From assembly GCA_963667015.2 (NCBI GenBank), contig CAXXJJ010000004.1, positions 1,280,001 through 1,344,000 on the forward strand: a stretch of DNA of 64,000 nt, written 5' to 3'. Under the pieces are notes generated by a model. The model was not told where the DNA came from and did not search any database. It saw only the letters and a program-made list of their open reading frames with translations. Below are positions 8,730 to 17,724 of the stretch, piece by piece. Position 1 is the stretch's first letter. The number at the start of each line of letters is the position of its first letter. This DNA is from Desulfatiglandales bacterium. GTDB lineage: Bacteria > Desulfobacterota > DSM-4660 > Desulfatiglandales > HGW-15. The translations under genes were made by a program, and so were the position numbers.

Positions 8730-8985
8730 TGAAGACCTGTTACATTATATTAAATTATATTATTGGTAACTCAGATATTCGTTCATCGGCTAAAACCTGA
8801 GAAAACTTTAGTTTTTAATCTTTATTAATTCATAACACCCTCTTCCAACCTTTATCCTTGACCCATAGAACCAACTTAACCTATAATACTTAGCTCAATA
8901 ATATATAGTTTTACTAACAGGAATTAAAAGTTTCGATAAAAATCATATTTATCATAACATAGAAAAAACAGAAAGGCATAACTAG

Positions 8986-10137
8986 TTGAATAAAAAAAGG
9001 ATTTCATACATATACATAAGCGATATCTCTACTCTTGAACAAGAAGTCAGTACCCTGTTAAAAGAAAAATCAATAGGTGTTGACATGGAAGCAGATTCTC
9101 TCTTTCACTACACGGAAAAGGTATGTCTCATCCAGATATCCACAAATAATAAAAACCTGCTGATTGACCCGCTGGCAATAAATGATCTTTCGGCCCTGGA
9201 ACCGGTATTTGCCAGCAAAGACATTAGAAAGATATTTCACGGAGCCGATTATGATATTCGGTCACTGTACAGGGATTTTAAAATAGAAGTCCACTCGCTG
9301 TTTGATACGCAGATTGCAGCACGTATCCTTGGCTCAAATGAAACAGGTCTTGCCAGCCTCCTCAGGGAACATTTCAATATAAATCTTGAAAAAAAATACC
9401 AGAAGAGAGACTGGTCAAAAAGACCTCTTCCCGACTCAATGCTTGCCTATGGTGTATATGATACATGTTATCTGATACCCCTTAGCAAAATACTGGAAGA
9501 GAATCTTATTACAAAAAATCGATTTAACTGGTTCGAGGAGGAATGTGAACTCCAGACCAGGGTCCGTTTTGCACAAGCCAGCGAAGAGCCACTTTTTATC
9601 AAATTCAAAGGAGCAAGAAAGCTTGCCCCGCGAAATCTGGCCATCCTTGAGGCAATCTTAAGGCTAAGGGAAGAACTGGCAATGAAGAAGGACAGACCGC
9701 CGTTCAAGGTGCTCAGAAACGACCAGATACTGAATATTGCAACAGAAGAACCTTCCAGGTTAGAGGAACTCAGGTCCCTCAGTGAAAACCAGATAAAAAA
9801 AATGGGCGGGCTTATACTTGAGAAAATTGAGGAGGCATCGAAAATACCGGAGAAAGAGCTTCCCAAATATCCAAAGCCTGATTTAAAATCTGCAGGGCCT
9901 GAGTTAAACAGAAATATAAAGCTGCTTAAGGACTGGAGATCCAAAACTGCCGGGAAAATGGACCTTGATCCATCTCTCCTGTGTACAAACGCCCAGATAC
10001 AATCACTGGTTCAGGCCTGTCCGGATGATGTCTCTCGACTGCGCAAAATGGATATATTAAAAAAATGGCAGGTAAACCTCTTCGGGCGGGAGGTATGCCG
10101 CCTGTTCAGGGAGATGGGTTTCTCTGCCTTCAGCTAA
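8986..10137 (+). CDS. rnd: ribonuclease D (3'-5' exonuclease + HRDC)
   Basis: GVDMEAD, CLIQIS, KIFHGADYD, LFDTQIAA, DWSKRPL...YGVYD; HRDC regions. Confidence 0.85.
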   Translation: MNKKRISYIYISDISTLEQEVSTLLKEKSIGVDMEADSLFHYTEKVCLIQISTNNKNLLIDPLAINDLSALEPVFASKDIRKIFHGADYDIRSLYRDFKIEVHSLFDTQIAARILGSNETGLASLLREHFNINLEKKYQKRDWSKRPLPDSMLAYGVYDTCYLIPLSKILEENLITKNRFNWFEEECELQTRVRFAQASEEPLFIKFKGARKLAPRNLAILEAILRLREELAMKKDRPPFKVLRNDQILNIATEEPSRLEELRSLSENQIKKMGGLILEKIEEASKIPEKELPKYPKPDLKSAGPELNRNIKLLKDWRSKTAGKMDLDPSLLCTNAQIQSLVQACPDDVSRLRKMDILKKWQVNLFGREVCRLFREMGFSAFS

Positions 10138-10631
10138 AACCTTCCAAGCTTATGCAGGTAGTGATATGTAATTATCCCGACGGAGGTTGACAGGTTAAGA
10201 CTTCTTACCTGCCCGAATATGGGGATGCGGAAGCATGGATATTTTTTTCTAATTACCTCCGGCAGTCCAAGGCTCTCCTGCCCGAAAAGAAGATAACAGC
10301 CTTTAACGACATCTGCCTTTGTATATTCATTTTCGGCAAATTTACTAAAACAGTATAGCCGGCCTGTTATATTGCTGTCACTTTCGAGAAAGGTATCAAA
10401 ACTGGCATGATGTGTGACATCTACTTCATGCCAGTAATCGAGCCCTGCACGCCTGAGATGTTTATCATCTACACGAAAACCAAGGGGATGAATAAGATGC
10501 AGCTTTACCATGGCAGCACCGCACAGCCTGGCTATATTTCCTGTATTTGCCGGAATCTCGGGCTGATAGAGGACTATGTTTAAGTACGGGTCCTTAATAG
10601 TTATATGATAATTTTGAGGGTTGTTTTTCAT
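10134..10631 (-). CDS. trmL: tRNA (cytidine/uridine(34)-2'-O)-methyltransferase
   Basis: IVLYQPEIPANTGNIARLC, LRRAGLDYW, FGQESLGL, RSLNLS. Confidence 0.92.
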   Translation of the reverse strand: MKNNPQNYHITIKDPYLNIVLYQPEIPANTGNIARLCGAAMVKLHLIHPLGFRVDDKHLRRAGLDYWHEVDVTHHASFDTFLESDSNITGRLYCFSKFAENEYTKADVVKGCYLLFGQESLGLPEVIRKKYPCFRIPIFGQVRSLNLSTSVGIITYHYLHKLGRF

Positions 10632-10648
10632 AACAGGATCGCTATTTT

Positions 10649-10674
10649 GAGACAGGTTTTAAACCTGTCTCTAC
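10649..10674 (-). repeat. GTAG-type REP-like palindrome
   Basis: Minus strand GTAGAGACAGGTTT-A-AAACCTGTCTC. Confidence 0.55.
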
Positions 10675-10705
10675 AGTAATAGATATCTGGTGCAGGATTA
10701 AGGTA

Positions 10706-10909
10706 TTAATAAGGCCTTAATGACCCGCAGTCAGGGCACTGCCAGTTTACACCGCTGCATGTAAGCCCCCACTGATTTTCTTCCATACATTTATTGCATA
10801 TCTGAAAACCGCACGGGCAGGTCCAGCAAAAAATGGTTTTTTCACCGCAGCAGTGGCAGCAATATTCTTTTACTCGTCTTTTTCTTTTAGACTTTTTTTC
10901 CTCAGACAC
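10706..10909 (-). CDS. small Cys-rich (zinc-finger-like) hypothetical protein
   Basis: 67 aa; basic N-terminus then CCHCC, CWTCPC, CNKC, C, CPDC; co-oriented with the operon. Confidence 0.7.
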   Translation of the reverse strand: MSEEKKSKRKRRVKEYCCHCCGEKTIFCWTCPCGFQICNKCMEENQWGLTCSGVNWQCPDCGSLRPY

Positions 10910-10952
10910 TGCTACCCATATTTCAAAATTTTTATTATATTAAAGGTTTTTT

Positions 10953-10987
10953 AAACCGTACACCGTAAACCTCAAACCTTAAACCTC
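10953..10987. repeat. 7-nt tandem repeat
   Basis: AAACCGT ACACCGT AAACCTC AAACCTT AAACCTC. Confidence 0.55.
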
Positions 10988-11752
10988 TAATACCGGGCAC
11001 GGATAATCTTGATAGCTCACATGGACCGGAATGCTTTCCATGTCGCATTCCGAAAGTGATTCCCTTGCCTTTGAAAGTGCCTTTTCCGGGGTATTGTTAA
11101 CCTCGCTTAAATGAGCAAGTACTATGTGTTTAAGATTTTTATGAGAAAGCTTTTTTAGTAACATGCCGGCCTGATCGTTTGAAAGATGTCCCTTTGATCC
11201 TTTGATTCTTTTTTTAAGGTAATAGGGATAAGGACCGTTCTCCAGCATCTCAATATCATGGTTGAATTCAAGCAACATCCCTGTGCAATCCTGAAGGATA
11301 TCTTCAAGCAGAGGTGTGCTTTTTCCAACATCAGTTAGAATACCAAGTCTTGAACCATTGGAAGAAACAGTAAGTCCGATAGGATCAGCGGCATCATGGT
11401 CTTTTTTAAAGGTGTCAACGGTTATATCATTTATTTTAAAGGATTCACCGACATGGAGCTGATCGTTTACACTGGTTTTTCCCAATGTTCGGATGCATCT
11501 GTCTATCGTAGAAGGATTTGAGAAAACAGTGGATTTGAACTTTCTTGATATAGGCCCCACACCTTTGATGTGATCACTGTGTTCATGGGTTATAATTATT
11601 GCGTCAAGATATGCTGCATCAAGGCCTACCAGATGCATGCGCCTTACCAGTTCGCGGCAGCTCAAACCTGCATCTATTAAAAGCCGTGTATTTTCTGTTT
11701 CAATATAGCAGGCATTTCCTTTACTGCCGGAAGCAAGAACCGAAAAACGCAT
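10979..11752 (-). CDS. MBL-fold metallo-hydrolase (YycJ/WalJ-like)
   Basis: LASGSKGN, IDAGLS, THEHSDHIKG, HDAADP, LEFNHD, GHLSN, LAHLSEVNN. Confidence 0.88.
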   Translation of the reverse strand: MRFSVLASGSKGNACYIETENTRLLIDAGLSCRELVRRMHLVGLDAAYLDAIIITHEHSDHIKGVGPISRKFKSTVFSNPSTIDRCIRTLGKTSVNDQLHVGESFKINDITVDTFKKDHDAADPIGLTVSSNGSRLGILTDVGKSTPLLEDILQDCTGMLLEFNHDIEMLENGPYPYYLKKRIKGSKGHLSNDQAGMLLKKLSHKNLKHIVLAHLSEVNNTPEKALSKARESLSECDMESIPVHVSYQDYPCPVLEV

Positions 11753-11775
11753 TGGAGACCTTTTACTGATATCTA

Positions 11776-12225
11776 TTACTCAATACCGCTATGACCAAAC
11801 CCGCCATCACCCCTGGTTGTTGAATCAAGGTCATCAACTTCCAGAATCCGGGCCTGATATATCCTGGCGATAACCATCTGTGCAATCCTGTCACCCTTTT
11901 TCACAGTGAATGGTTCACTTCCGAAATTGGTCATTATTATTCCTATCTCGCCCCGGTAGTCAGAATCGATCGTACCCGGGCTGTTCACAAATCCTATGCC
12001 GTGTTTTAAGGCAAGACCGCTTCTTGGTCTGATCTGGGCCTCATATCCCCGGGGTAGGGAAATTGATATGCCGGTAGGGACAAGTTTAATTTCACCCGGA
12101 TTGAGAACGATGTCCTCTTCCGTCCAGGCCCTTATATCCATGCCCGATGAACCTTTTGTTTCATAAGCAGGAAGAGGAAGGTCGTAGTCATCTATTTTTT
12201 TTATTTTAAGCTCAATATTTTCCAA
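11776..12225 (-). CDS. dut: dUTP diphosphatase
   Basis: [42 protein letters not shown]. Confidence 0.97.
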   Translation of the reverse strand: MENIELKIKKIDDYDLPLPAYETKGSSGMDIRAWTEEDIVLNPGEIKLVPTGISISLPRGYEAQIRPRSGLALKHGIGFVNSPGTIDSDYRGEIGIIMTNFGSEPFTVKKGDRIAQMVIARIYQARILEVDDLDSTTRGDGGFGHSGIE

Positions 12226-12253
12226 TGGATCACCCTAATGCAGCAGGCATTTG

Positions 12254-13525
12254 TTAAATCGGATTTGAGAGAAATATATTATTTGTCAGATCCAGGTCTT
12301 CACGATTAACCGAACCGAGTGTAGTAATTGCCACACTTCCCGGGGTAAATGCGTGCCTGATACAGGTCATTATATCATCAAGAGTGACCCTTTTGAGGTT
12401 ATCAACAAGCTCTTCATACTCAATATATCTTCCAAAGACAAATTCATTCTTTGCAATTCGCATCATCCTGGAGTCTGTATTCTCCGATCCCAGAAGGATG
12501 CCTCCCACAAGATGATCCCTTGCTTCTTCAAGATCCTTTTCAGAAAGGTCTCCTTCCTGCAGCTTGACTATTTCGGAATTTACAACATCAAGGACATTGT
12601 TGACATCACCCGGACCGGTGCCCGCACAGATGCCAAACAGACCTGTGTCCATGTAGGCAGAGAGAAAGGAGTAGATAGAATAGGCAAGCCCTCTCTTCTC
12701 TCTTATCTCCTGGAAGAGCCGTGAACTCATGTTTCCGCCCAGGATAGTATTCAGTATGGCTCCGGCAAAACGCATGTCACTGGACAGGCTCGGGGCCCTC
12801 CCGCCCATGCATATGTTGATCTGCTCCAGATCTCTGTATGAGCAGATTATACTTGAGGTTAATTCATGTGAATATTCCCTGTTTTCCTTTGTAACCGGCT
12901 CCAGACCGCCAAACTGTTTTTCAAAGGTCTTCACCACCTCATCATGATCAATATTTCCTGCTGCAGCAATTATTATCCTGTCAGGGCTGTAATACATCTT
13001 CATATGCTCAATTATTGAATCCCTGGTTATAGCTGTAACGGTTTCAGCTGTACCGAGGACCGGCTTTCCAAGAGGATGATTATTGAAAACCTGGGCATTG
13101 AACAATTCATGAACCTGCTCTTCAGGAGAATCTTCAACCATGCTTATTTCCTGAAGCACCACCTGTTTTTCTCTCTCGATATCCTCAGGATCAAAGCTTG
13201 AATTAAGGAATATATCCGAAAGGATTTCAGCTAAAGTAAAAAAATCCTTATCCAGCACCTTTGAATGAAAGCAGGTATATTCCTTACCAGTGAAGGCGTT
13301 TGAAAGGCCGCCAATGGCGTCCAGCTCCTTGGCGATAAGAAGGGTATCACGGGAAGGGGTCCCTTTAAAGATCATGTGTTCTATGAAATGAGAGACCCCG
13401 TTATTGATTTGGTTTTCGTCCCTTGAACCTGTACCGACCCAGATACCAAGGGACACAGACTTATAATGCTCTATTTTTTCGGTTATTATTCTAAGACCAT
13501 TACTTAATACTGATTTTTGATACAT
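12254..13525 (-). CDS. M16 family zinc peptidase
   Basis: GSRDE...GVSHFIEHMIFKGT (HxxEH), SSRLFQEIREKRGLAYS; start ATG 13525 just after the pnp stop. Confidence 0.92.
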   Translation of the reverse strand: MYQKSVLSNGLRIITEKIEHYKSVSLGIWVGTGSRDENQINNGVSHFIEHMIFKGTPSRDTLLIAKELDAIGGLSNAFTGKEYTCFHSKVLDKDFFTLAEILSDIFLNSSFDPEDIEREKQVVLQEISMVEDSPEEQVHELFNAQVFNNHPLGKPVLGTAETVTAITRDSIIEHMKMYYSPDRIIIAAAGNIDHDEVVKTFEKQFGGLEPVTKENREYSHELTSSIICSYRDLEQINICMGGRAPSLSSDMRFAGAILNTILGGNMSSRLFQEIREKRGLAYSIYSFLSAYMDTGLFGICAGTGPGDVNNVLDVVNSEIVKLQEGDLSEKDLEEARDHLVGGILLGSENTDSRMMRIAKNEFVFGRYIEYEELVDNLKRVTLDDIMTCIRHAFTPGSVAITTLGSVNREDLDLTNNIFLSNPI

Positions 13526-13526
13526 G

Positions 13527-15620
13527 TTAAAGACTTTCATCTAGAGCCGCTTTTCGCGACAGGGCAATCTTTCCTGATTTCTTATCAACATCAATTACCT
13601 TAACAAGAACCTCATCACCCTCTTGGAGAATATCAGTTACCTTGTTAACTCTTTCTTTATCAAGCTGAGAGATATGGACAAGACCGTCAGTTCCGGGTAA
13701 TATTTCAACAAATGCACCAAAATCCATGATCTTTCGAACCTTGCCGTTGTAAAGCTGACCTACTTCGGCTTCCCTGACAATATCATTGATCATTCCGACT
13801 GCTGCATTTGACAGCTCTTCATCCGGAGATGCTACAACTACATTTCCATCATCATCCACATTGATAGTTGATTCTGTCTTTGAGCTAATCTCCTTTATCA
13901 TCTTGCCGCTGGGCCCGATTAGTATCTTTATTTTTTCAGGTTTGATCTTCAGTTTGGCAATCACAGGAGCATATTCCGAAAGTTTACTGCGGGACTGAGA
14001 GATGGCTTCGTTCATCTTGCCCAGGATATGAAGTCTACCCTCTTTTGCCTGTGCAAGCGCCTGTTCCATTATTTCCCTTGTTACTCCGTCAATCTTGATG
14101 TCCATCTGGAGAGCAGTGATACCGTCCTTTGTTCCTGTAACCTTGAAGTCCATATCACCGTAATGGTCTTCATCGCCAAGAATATCCGTGAGTACGATTG
14201 TCTTGCTTCCGTCTGAAACCAGCCCCATGGCAACACCTGCCACAGCCTCCTTGATAGGAATGCCTGCGTCCATCATAGAAAGAGAACCGCCGCACACACT
14301 GGCCATGGATGAGGAACCGTTTGACTCGAGTATTTCGGAAACAACCCTTATAGCATAGGTAAACTCTTCCTTGTCAGGAATGACAGGAAGAAGAGCTCTT
14401 CTTGCCAGTGCACCATGACCGATTTCTCTTCGTCCGGGCCCGCCAAGTCGTTTTGCTTCACCAACCGAATACGGGGGGAAATTATAATGCAGGATAAAAT
14501 TTCTAAATACCTCACCATAGATGGAGTCCATCCGCTGCTCATCTCTTTCAGTGCCAATGGTAGTAAGTACCATTGCCTGGGTCTCTCCCCTGGTAAAGAG
14601 GGCAGATCCGTGAACCCTGGGCAGTATACCAACAAGGCACTCTATCGGCCGGACCTCGTTAAAGGCTCGTCCGTCAATCCTCTTGCCTTCCTCAAGCATC
14701 ATTTTACGTACAAGTGTATACTCAAGATCATGCACAAGGCTGCCTATCTCGCCCGCTCTTCCTTCATATTCCTCTGCCAGGGCCTCTTTTGTTGCCTTTG
14801 AGGCTTCTTTACGACTTTTTCCCCTGAGCTGTTTATCCGCTATCCTGATGGTCTCATTGAGAAGCGGTGCGGCTATCGCCTCAACCTTTTTGGCCAGTTC
14901 ATCATCACCGGCGTCTTCTTCAGCTACTTCTCTTTTCGGCTTACCCACAGCTTCCTTTAATTCAATCTGCATATCAAGCATGGGCTGGATTGCCTGATGG
15001 CCGTAGAATATTGCATCAATCATATCGGATTCCGACACAAACTGTCCGCCGCCTTCTACCATTACAACTGCTGACCTGTTGCCGGCAACAATAAGATTGA
15101 TATCACTCTCTTTGAGTTCTTCAAAGGTAGGATTTATAACAAACGCACCGTTTATTCTGCCTACCCGCACTGCGGCAACCGGTCCTTCAAATGGTATATC
15201 CGATACTTCAAGCGCAGCGGAAGCACCCAGAATAGCCAGCATATCAGCATCGTTCTGCTTATCTGTTGAGAGCACACTTGCTATTATCTGGATCTCATTA
15301 TGGTAAGACTTAGGAAAGAGAGGTCGCAATGGACGGTCGATCAACCTGGCTGTCAGAGTTTCCTCTTCACCCGGCCTTCCCATGTCTCTTCTGAAGTAAT
15401 TGCCTGGAAATTTTCCGCCGGCATATGACATTTCCTGGTACTCAACCGACAGGGGGAGAAAATCTATGCCTTCCCTGACTTCATCAGTCGAAACCGCTGT
15501 TACCAGTACTACTGTTTCACCAAAGGTGACTACAACAGAACCGCTTGCCTGTTTTGCAATGCGACCGGTTTCGATCGACAAGCTTTTACCATTCACTTCA
15601 ATTGTCGATATTTTTATCAT
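13527..15620 (-). CDS. pnp: polyribonucleotide nucleotidyltransferase (PNPase)
   Basis: DFLPLSVEYQE, RLIDRPLRP, HGSALFTRGETQ, RREIGHG, DMDFKV, KH and S1 domains; likely start 15620. Confidence 0.97.
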   Translation of the reverse strand: MIKISTIEVNGKSLSIETGRIAKQASGSVVVTFGETVVLVTAVSTDEVREGIDFLPLSVEYQEMSYAGGKFPGNYFRRDMGRPGEEETLTARLIDRPLRPLFPKSYHNEIQIIASVLSTDKQNDADMLAILGASAALEVSDIPFEGPVAAVRVGRINGAFVINPTFEELKESDINLIVAGNRSAVVMVEGGGQFVSESDMIDAIFYGHQAIQPMLDMQIELKEAVGKPKREVAEEDAGDDELAKKVEAIAAPLLNETIRIADKQLRGKSRKEASKATKEALAEEYEGRAGEIGSLVHDLEYTLVRKMMLEEGKRIDGRAFNEVRPIECLVGILPRVHGSALFTRGETQAMVLTTIGTERDEQRMDSIYGEVFRNFILHYNFPPYSVGEAKRLGGPGRREIGHGALARRALLPVIPDKEEFTYAIRVVSEILESNGSSSMASVCGGSLSMMDAGIPIKEAVAGVAMGLVSDGSKTIVLTDILGDEDHYGDMDFKVTGTKDGITALQMDIKIDGVTREIMEQALAQAKEGRLHILGKMNEAISQSRSKLSEYAPVIAKLKIKPEKIKILIGPSGKMIKEISSKTESTINVDDDGNVVVASPDEELSNAAVGMINDIVREAEVGQLYNGKVRKIMDFGAFVEILPGTDGLVHISQLDKERVNKVTDILQEGDEVLVKVIDVDKKSGKIALSRKAALDESL

Positions 15621-15708
15621 TTTTTTACCTTTCATGATCATAAGCATAGTTCCCGAATGTCATACTGGGAGTAATGACGGGATTTACTTAAAGAAAACAG
15701 CCTACGAT

Positions 15709-15978
15709 CTACTTTCTGATTCCCAGTTCCTTGATGATCTGCTGGTATCTTGATAAGTCTGACTTTTTCAGATAATTCAACAGCTTTCTTCTCTGCCCAA
15801 CAAGTTTCAACAGACCTCTCCTTGAATGATGGTCCTTTTTATGGGTTTTAAAATGATCCGTTAGATAGGATATTCTGTTGCTTAAAAGGGCTATTTGCAC
15901 TTCAGGTGAACCAGTATCCTTTCCATGCAGTTTAAATTTTTCAATTATTTCTTTTTTTGCTTCTGTAGTTAGGACCAC
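15709..15978 (-). CDS. rpsO: 30S ribosomal protein S15
   Basis: [12 protein letters not shown]...[22 protein letters not shown]. Confidence 0.98.
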   Translation of the reverse strand: MVLTTEAKKEIIEKFKLHGKDTGSPEVQIALLSNRISYLTDHFKTHKKDHHSRRGLLKLVGQRRKLLNYLKKSDLSRYQQIIKELGIRK

Positions 15979-16070
15979 TTTCCATACCTCCTTCGAAATT
16001 GGAAAACATAAAAATTAGTTAATTACTAAACAGTTAAACATGCTTATGTTTAAATTTTTTCCTTATATTG

Positions 16071-17006
16071 TTAATTAAACACCTTTATTTTCTTAAGCCA
16101 GCTATTTTCCCGGGCTAATGACCTGTCAATCTCCATTACTGCAACAAGACGTGAGTTGAATACCAGCTTTAGATACCCGTTATATATCTCTGACGCATCT
16201 ATATTCTCAGTCAGTTCCCCCCATGATGGCCTGTATCCGTTTCTGACCTTTTCTGCCAGATGATGTCCGAGATTAATCGTTTTCATGTCCGGCAGTGATT
16301 CATGCAGAGGAATTATATGGTTTAAAACTACTTCACTGCCCATTGAATCAAGTTCTTTGGAAAAATGGGCATCACCAACATTAAATAATCCGCTTGATAA
16401 TCTCCTTAAATTTTTCAAATGGGCCACTGTCCCAAGTTCTTTGCCTATATCCGCCGCAAGACTCCTGATATAGGTTCCGGAAGAACATGTTACATCAAGC
16501 ATGACCAGAGGCAGTCTGATATCAACGATATCAATAGAATAGACTGTAACCTCTCTCTTTTTCAGTTCAACCTCTATGCCCTTCCGGGCCAGGTTATAGG
16601 CCCGTTCCCCATTCACCTTTAAAGCTGAAAACGCAGGTGGAACCTGCTCAATAACACCCGTAAACCCGGCAATTACACTGGCAACGGTTTCCAGTCCCAT
16701 ATCCGGAACAGGCGCCTCTTTAATTATTAATCCGGTAGGATCAAGTGTATCCGTTCCTATACCCAGCCTGATCTCAGCCCGGTATTTTTTTTTACCTCCC
16801 ATAATATGGGAAGATAACTTTGTCCCCTGCCCCAGCAGTATTATAAGCAGTCCTGAGGCAAATGGATCCAGGGTTCCGGCATGGCCGGTCTTTTTACACT
16901 TGAGGATTTTTTTTATCATCCTCACTGCATCAAAGGAGGTTATACCTTCCTCCTTATCTATCAGCAGAATCCCGTCAGGACACACCTCTGTTAATCTGCC
17001 TGCCAA
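16071..17006 (-). CDS. truB: tRNA pseudouridine(55) synthase
   Basis: GILLIDK, GHAGTLDPFASG, QVPPAFSALKVNG, CSSGTYIRSL. Confidence 0.96.
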   Translation of the reverse strand: MAGRLTEVCPDGILLIDKEEGITSFDAVRMIKKILKCKKTGHAGTLDPFASGLLIILLGQGTKLSSHIMGGKKKYRAEIRLGIGTDTLDPTGLIIKEAPVPDMGLETVASVIAGFTGVIEQVPPAFSALKVNGERAYNLARKGIEVELKKREVTVYSIDIVDIRLPLVMLDVTCSSGTYIRSLAADIGKELGTVAHLKNLRRLSSGLFNVGDAHFSKELDSMGSEVVLNHIIPLHESLPDMKTINLGHHLAEKVRNGYRPSWGELTENIDASEIYNGYLKLVFNSRLVAVMEIDRSLARENSWLKKIKVFN

Positions 17007-17020
17007 ACTCTCTCTTCTTT

Positions 17021-17377
17021 TTATTCTTTCTCTTCGTCTTGAATTTTTTTAAACAACTGCTCAAGACGGTTACCGTTTGCAAGTGTCGGGTCATGATCAA
17101 ATATGATATCCGGCACATTTCTTAATTCCAGACCGGAACCCAGTTGCCTCTTAATGAATCCTTTGGCACTTTCAAGTCCTGCCATGGCCTGCTTGACATC
17201 GGATTCAGCTCCCAGGACACTAAAAAAGATCCTCGCGTTTTTCAGGTCATTGCTTAAGCTTATTCCTGTAAGGGTAACCCCCTTGACCCTTGGGTCCCTT
17301 ATCTTATTCATAAGGAGTTCGGCAATAAATCTTAAGATCTGATCTCCGACTCTTGTTGCTCTCTTTCCGGGTAACAT
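17021..17377 (-). CDS. rbfA: ribosome-binding factor A
   Basis: RATRVGDQI...DPRV...LSNDLKNARIF...AKGFIK...VPDIIF; position after infB. Confidence 0.95.
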   Translation of the reverse strand: MLPGKRATRVGDQILRFIAELLMNKIRDPRVKGVTLTGISLSNDLKNARIFFSVLGAESDVKQAMAGLESAKGFIKRQLGSGLELRNVPDIIFDHDPTLANGNRLEQLFKKIQDEEKE

Positions 17378-17433
17378 TTTTTAACTTCTCTTTTACTATA
17401 TATATCAACTGCCCTTACACGGCCTTTAACAGA

Positions 17434-17721
17434 TCACACATTTATTATCTCAATCTTTGAATCGATTATCTCAGCAAGATAAAGTGATTCAAGAAAGGAC
17501 AATACATTGTCGAGAGAAGAGTTTACATGGCGCCTGTCATTTCCGACAGTACTTACACCTAACCCTATCCTCTGCCATTTGTCATTATACTCCACTTCGG
17601 CTATAGCGACATTAAACCTGCTCTTTACCTTTCCAATCATACTTTTGACAATTTTTCTTTTTCCCTTAAGGGAATTACTGTCATGGATAAAAAGCTCTAT
17701 TGTCATAGTGCCTATAACCAC
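17434..17721 (-). CDS. DUF503 (YlxP) family protein
   Basis: SLKGKRKIVKS...RFNVAIAEV...DKWQR; conserved position between infB and rbfA. Confidence 0.88.
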   Translation of the reverse strand: MVIGTMTIELFIHDSNSLKGKRKIVKSMIGKVKSRFNVAIAEVEYNDKWQRIGLGVSTVGNDRRHVNSSLDNVLSFLESLYLAEIIDSKIEIINV

Positions 17722-17724
17722 ACC

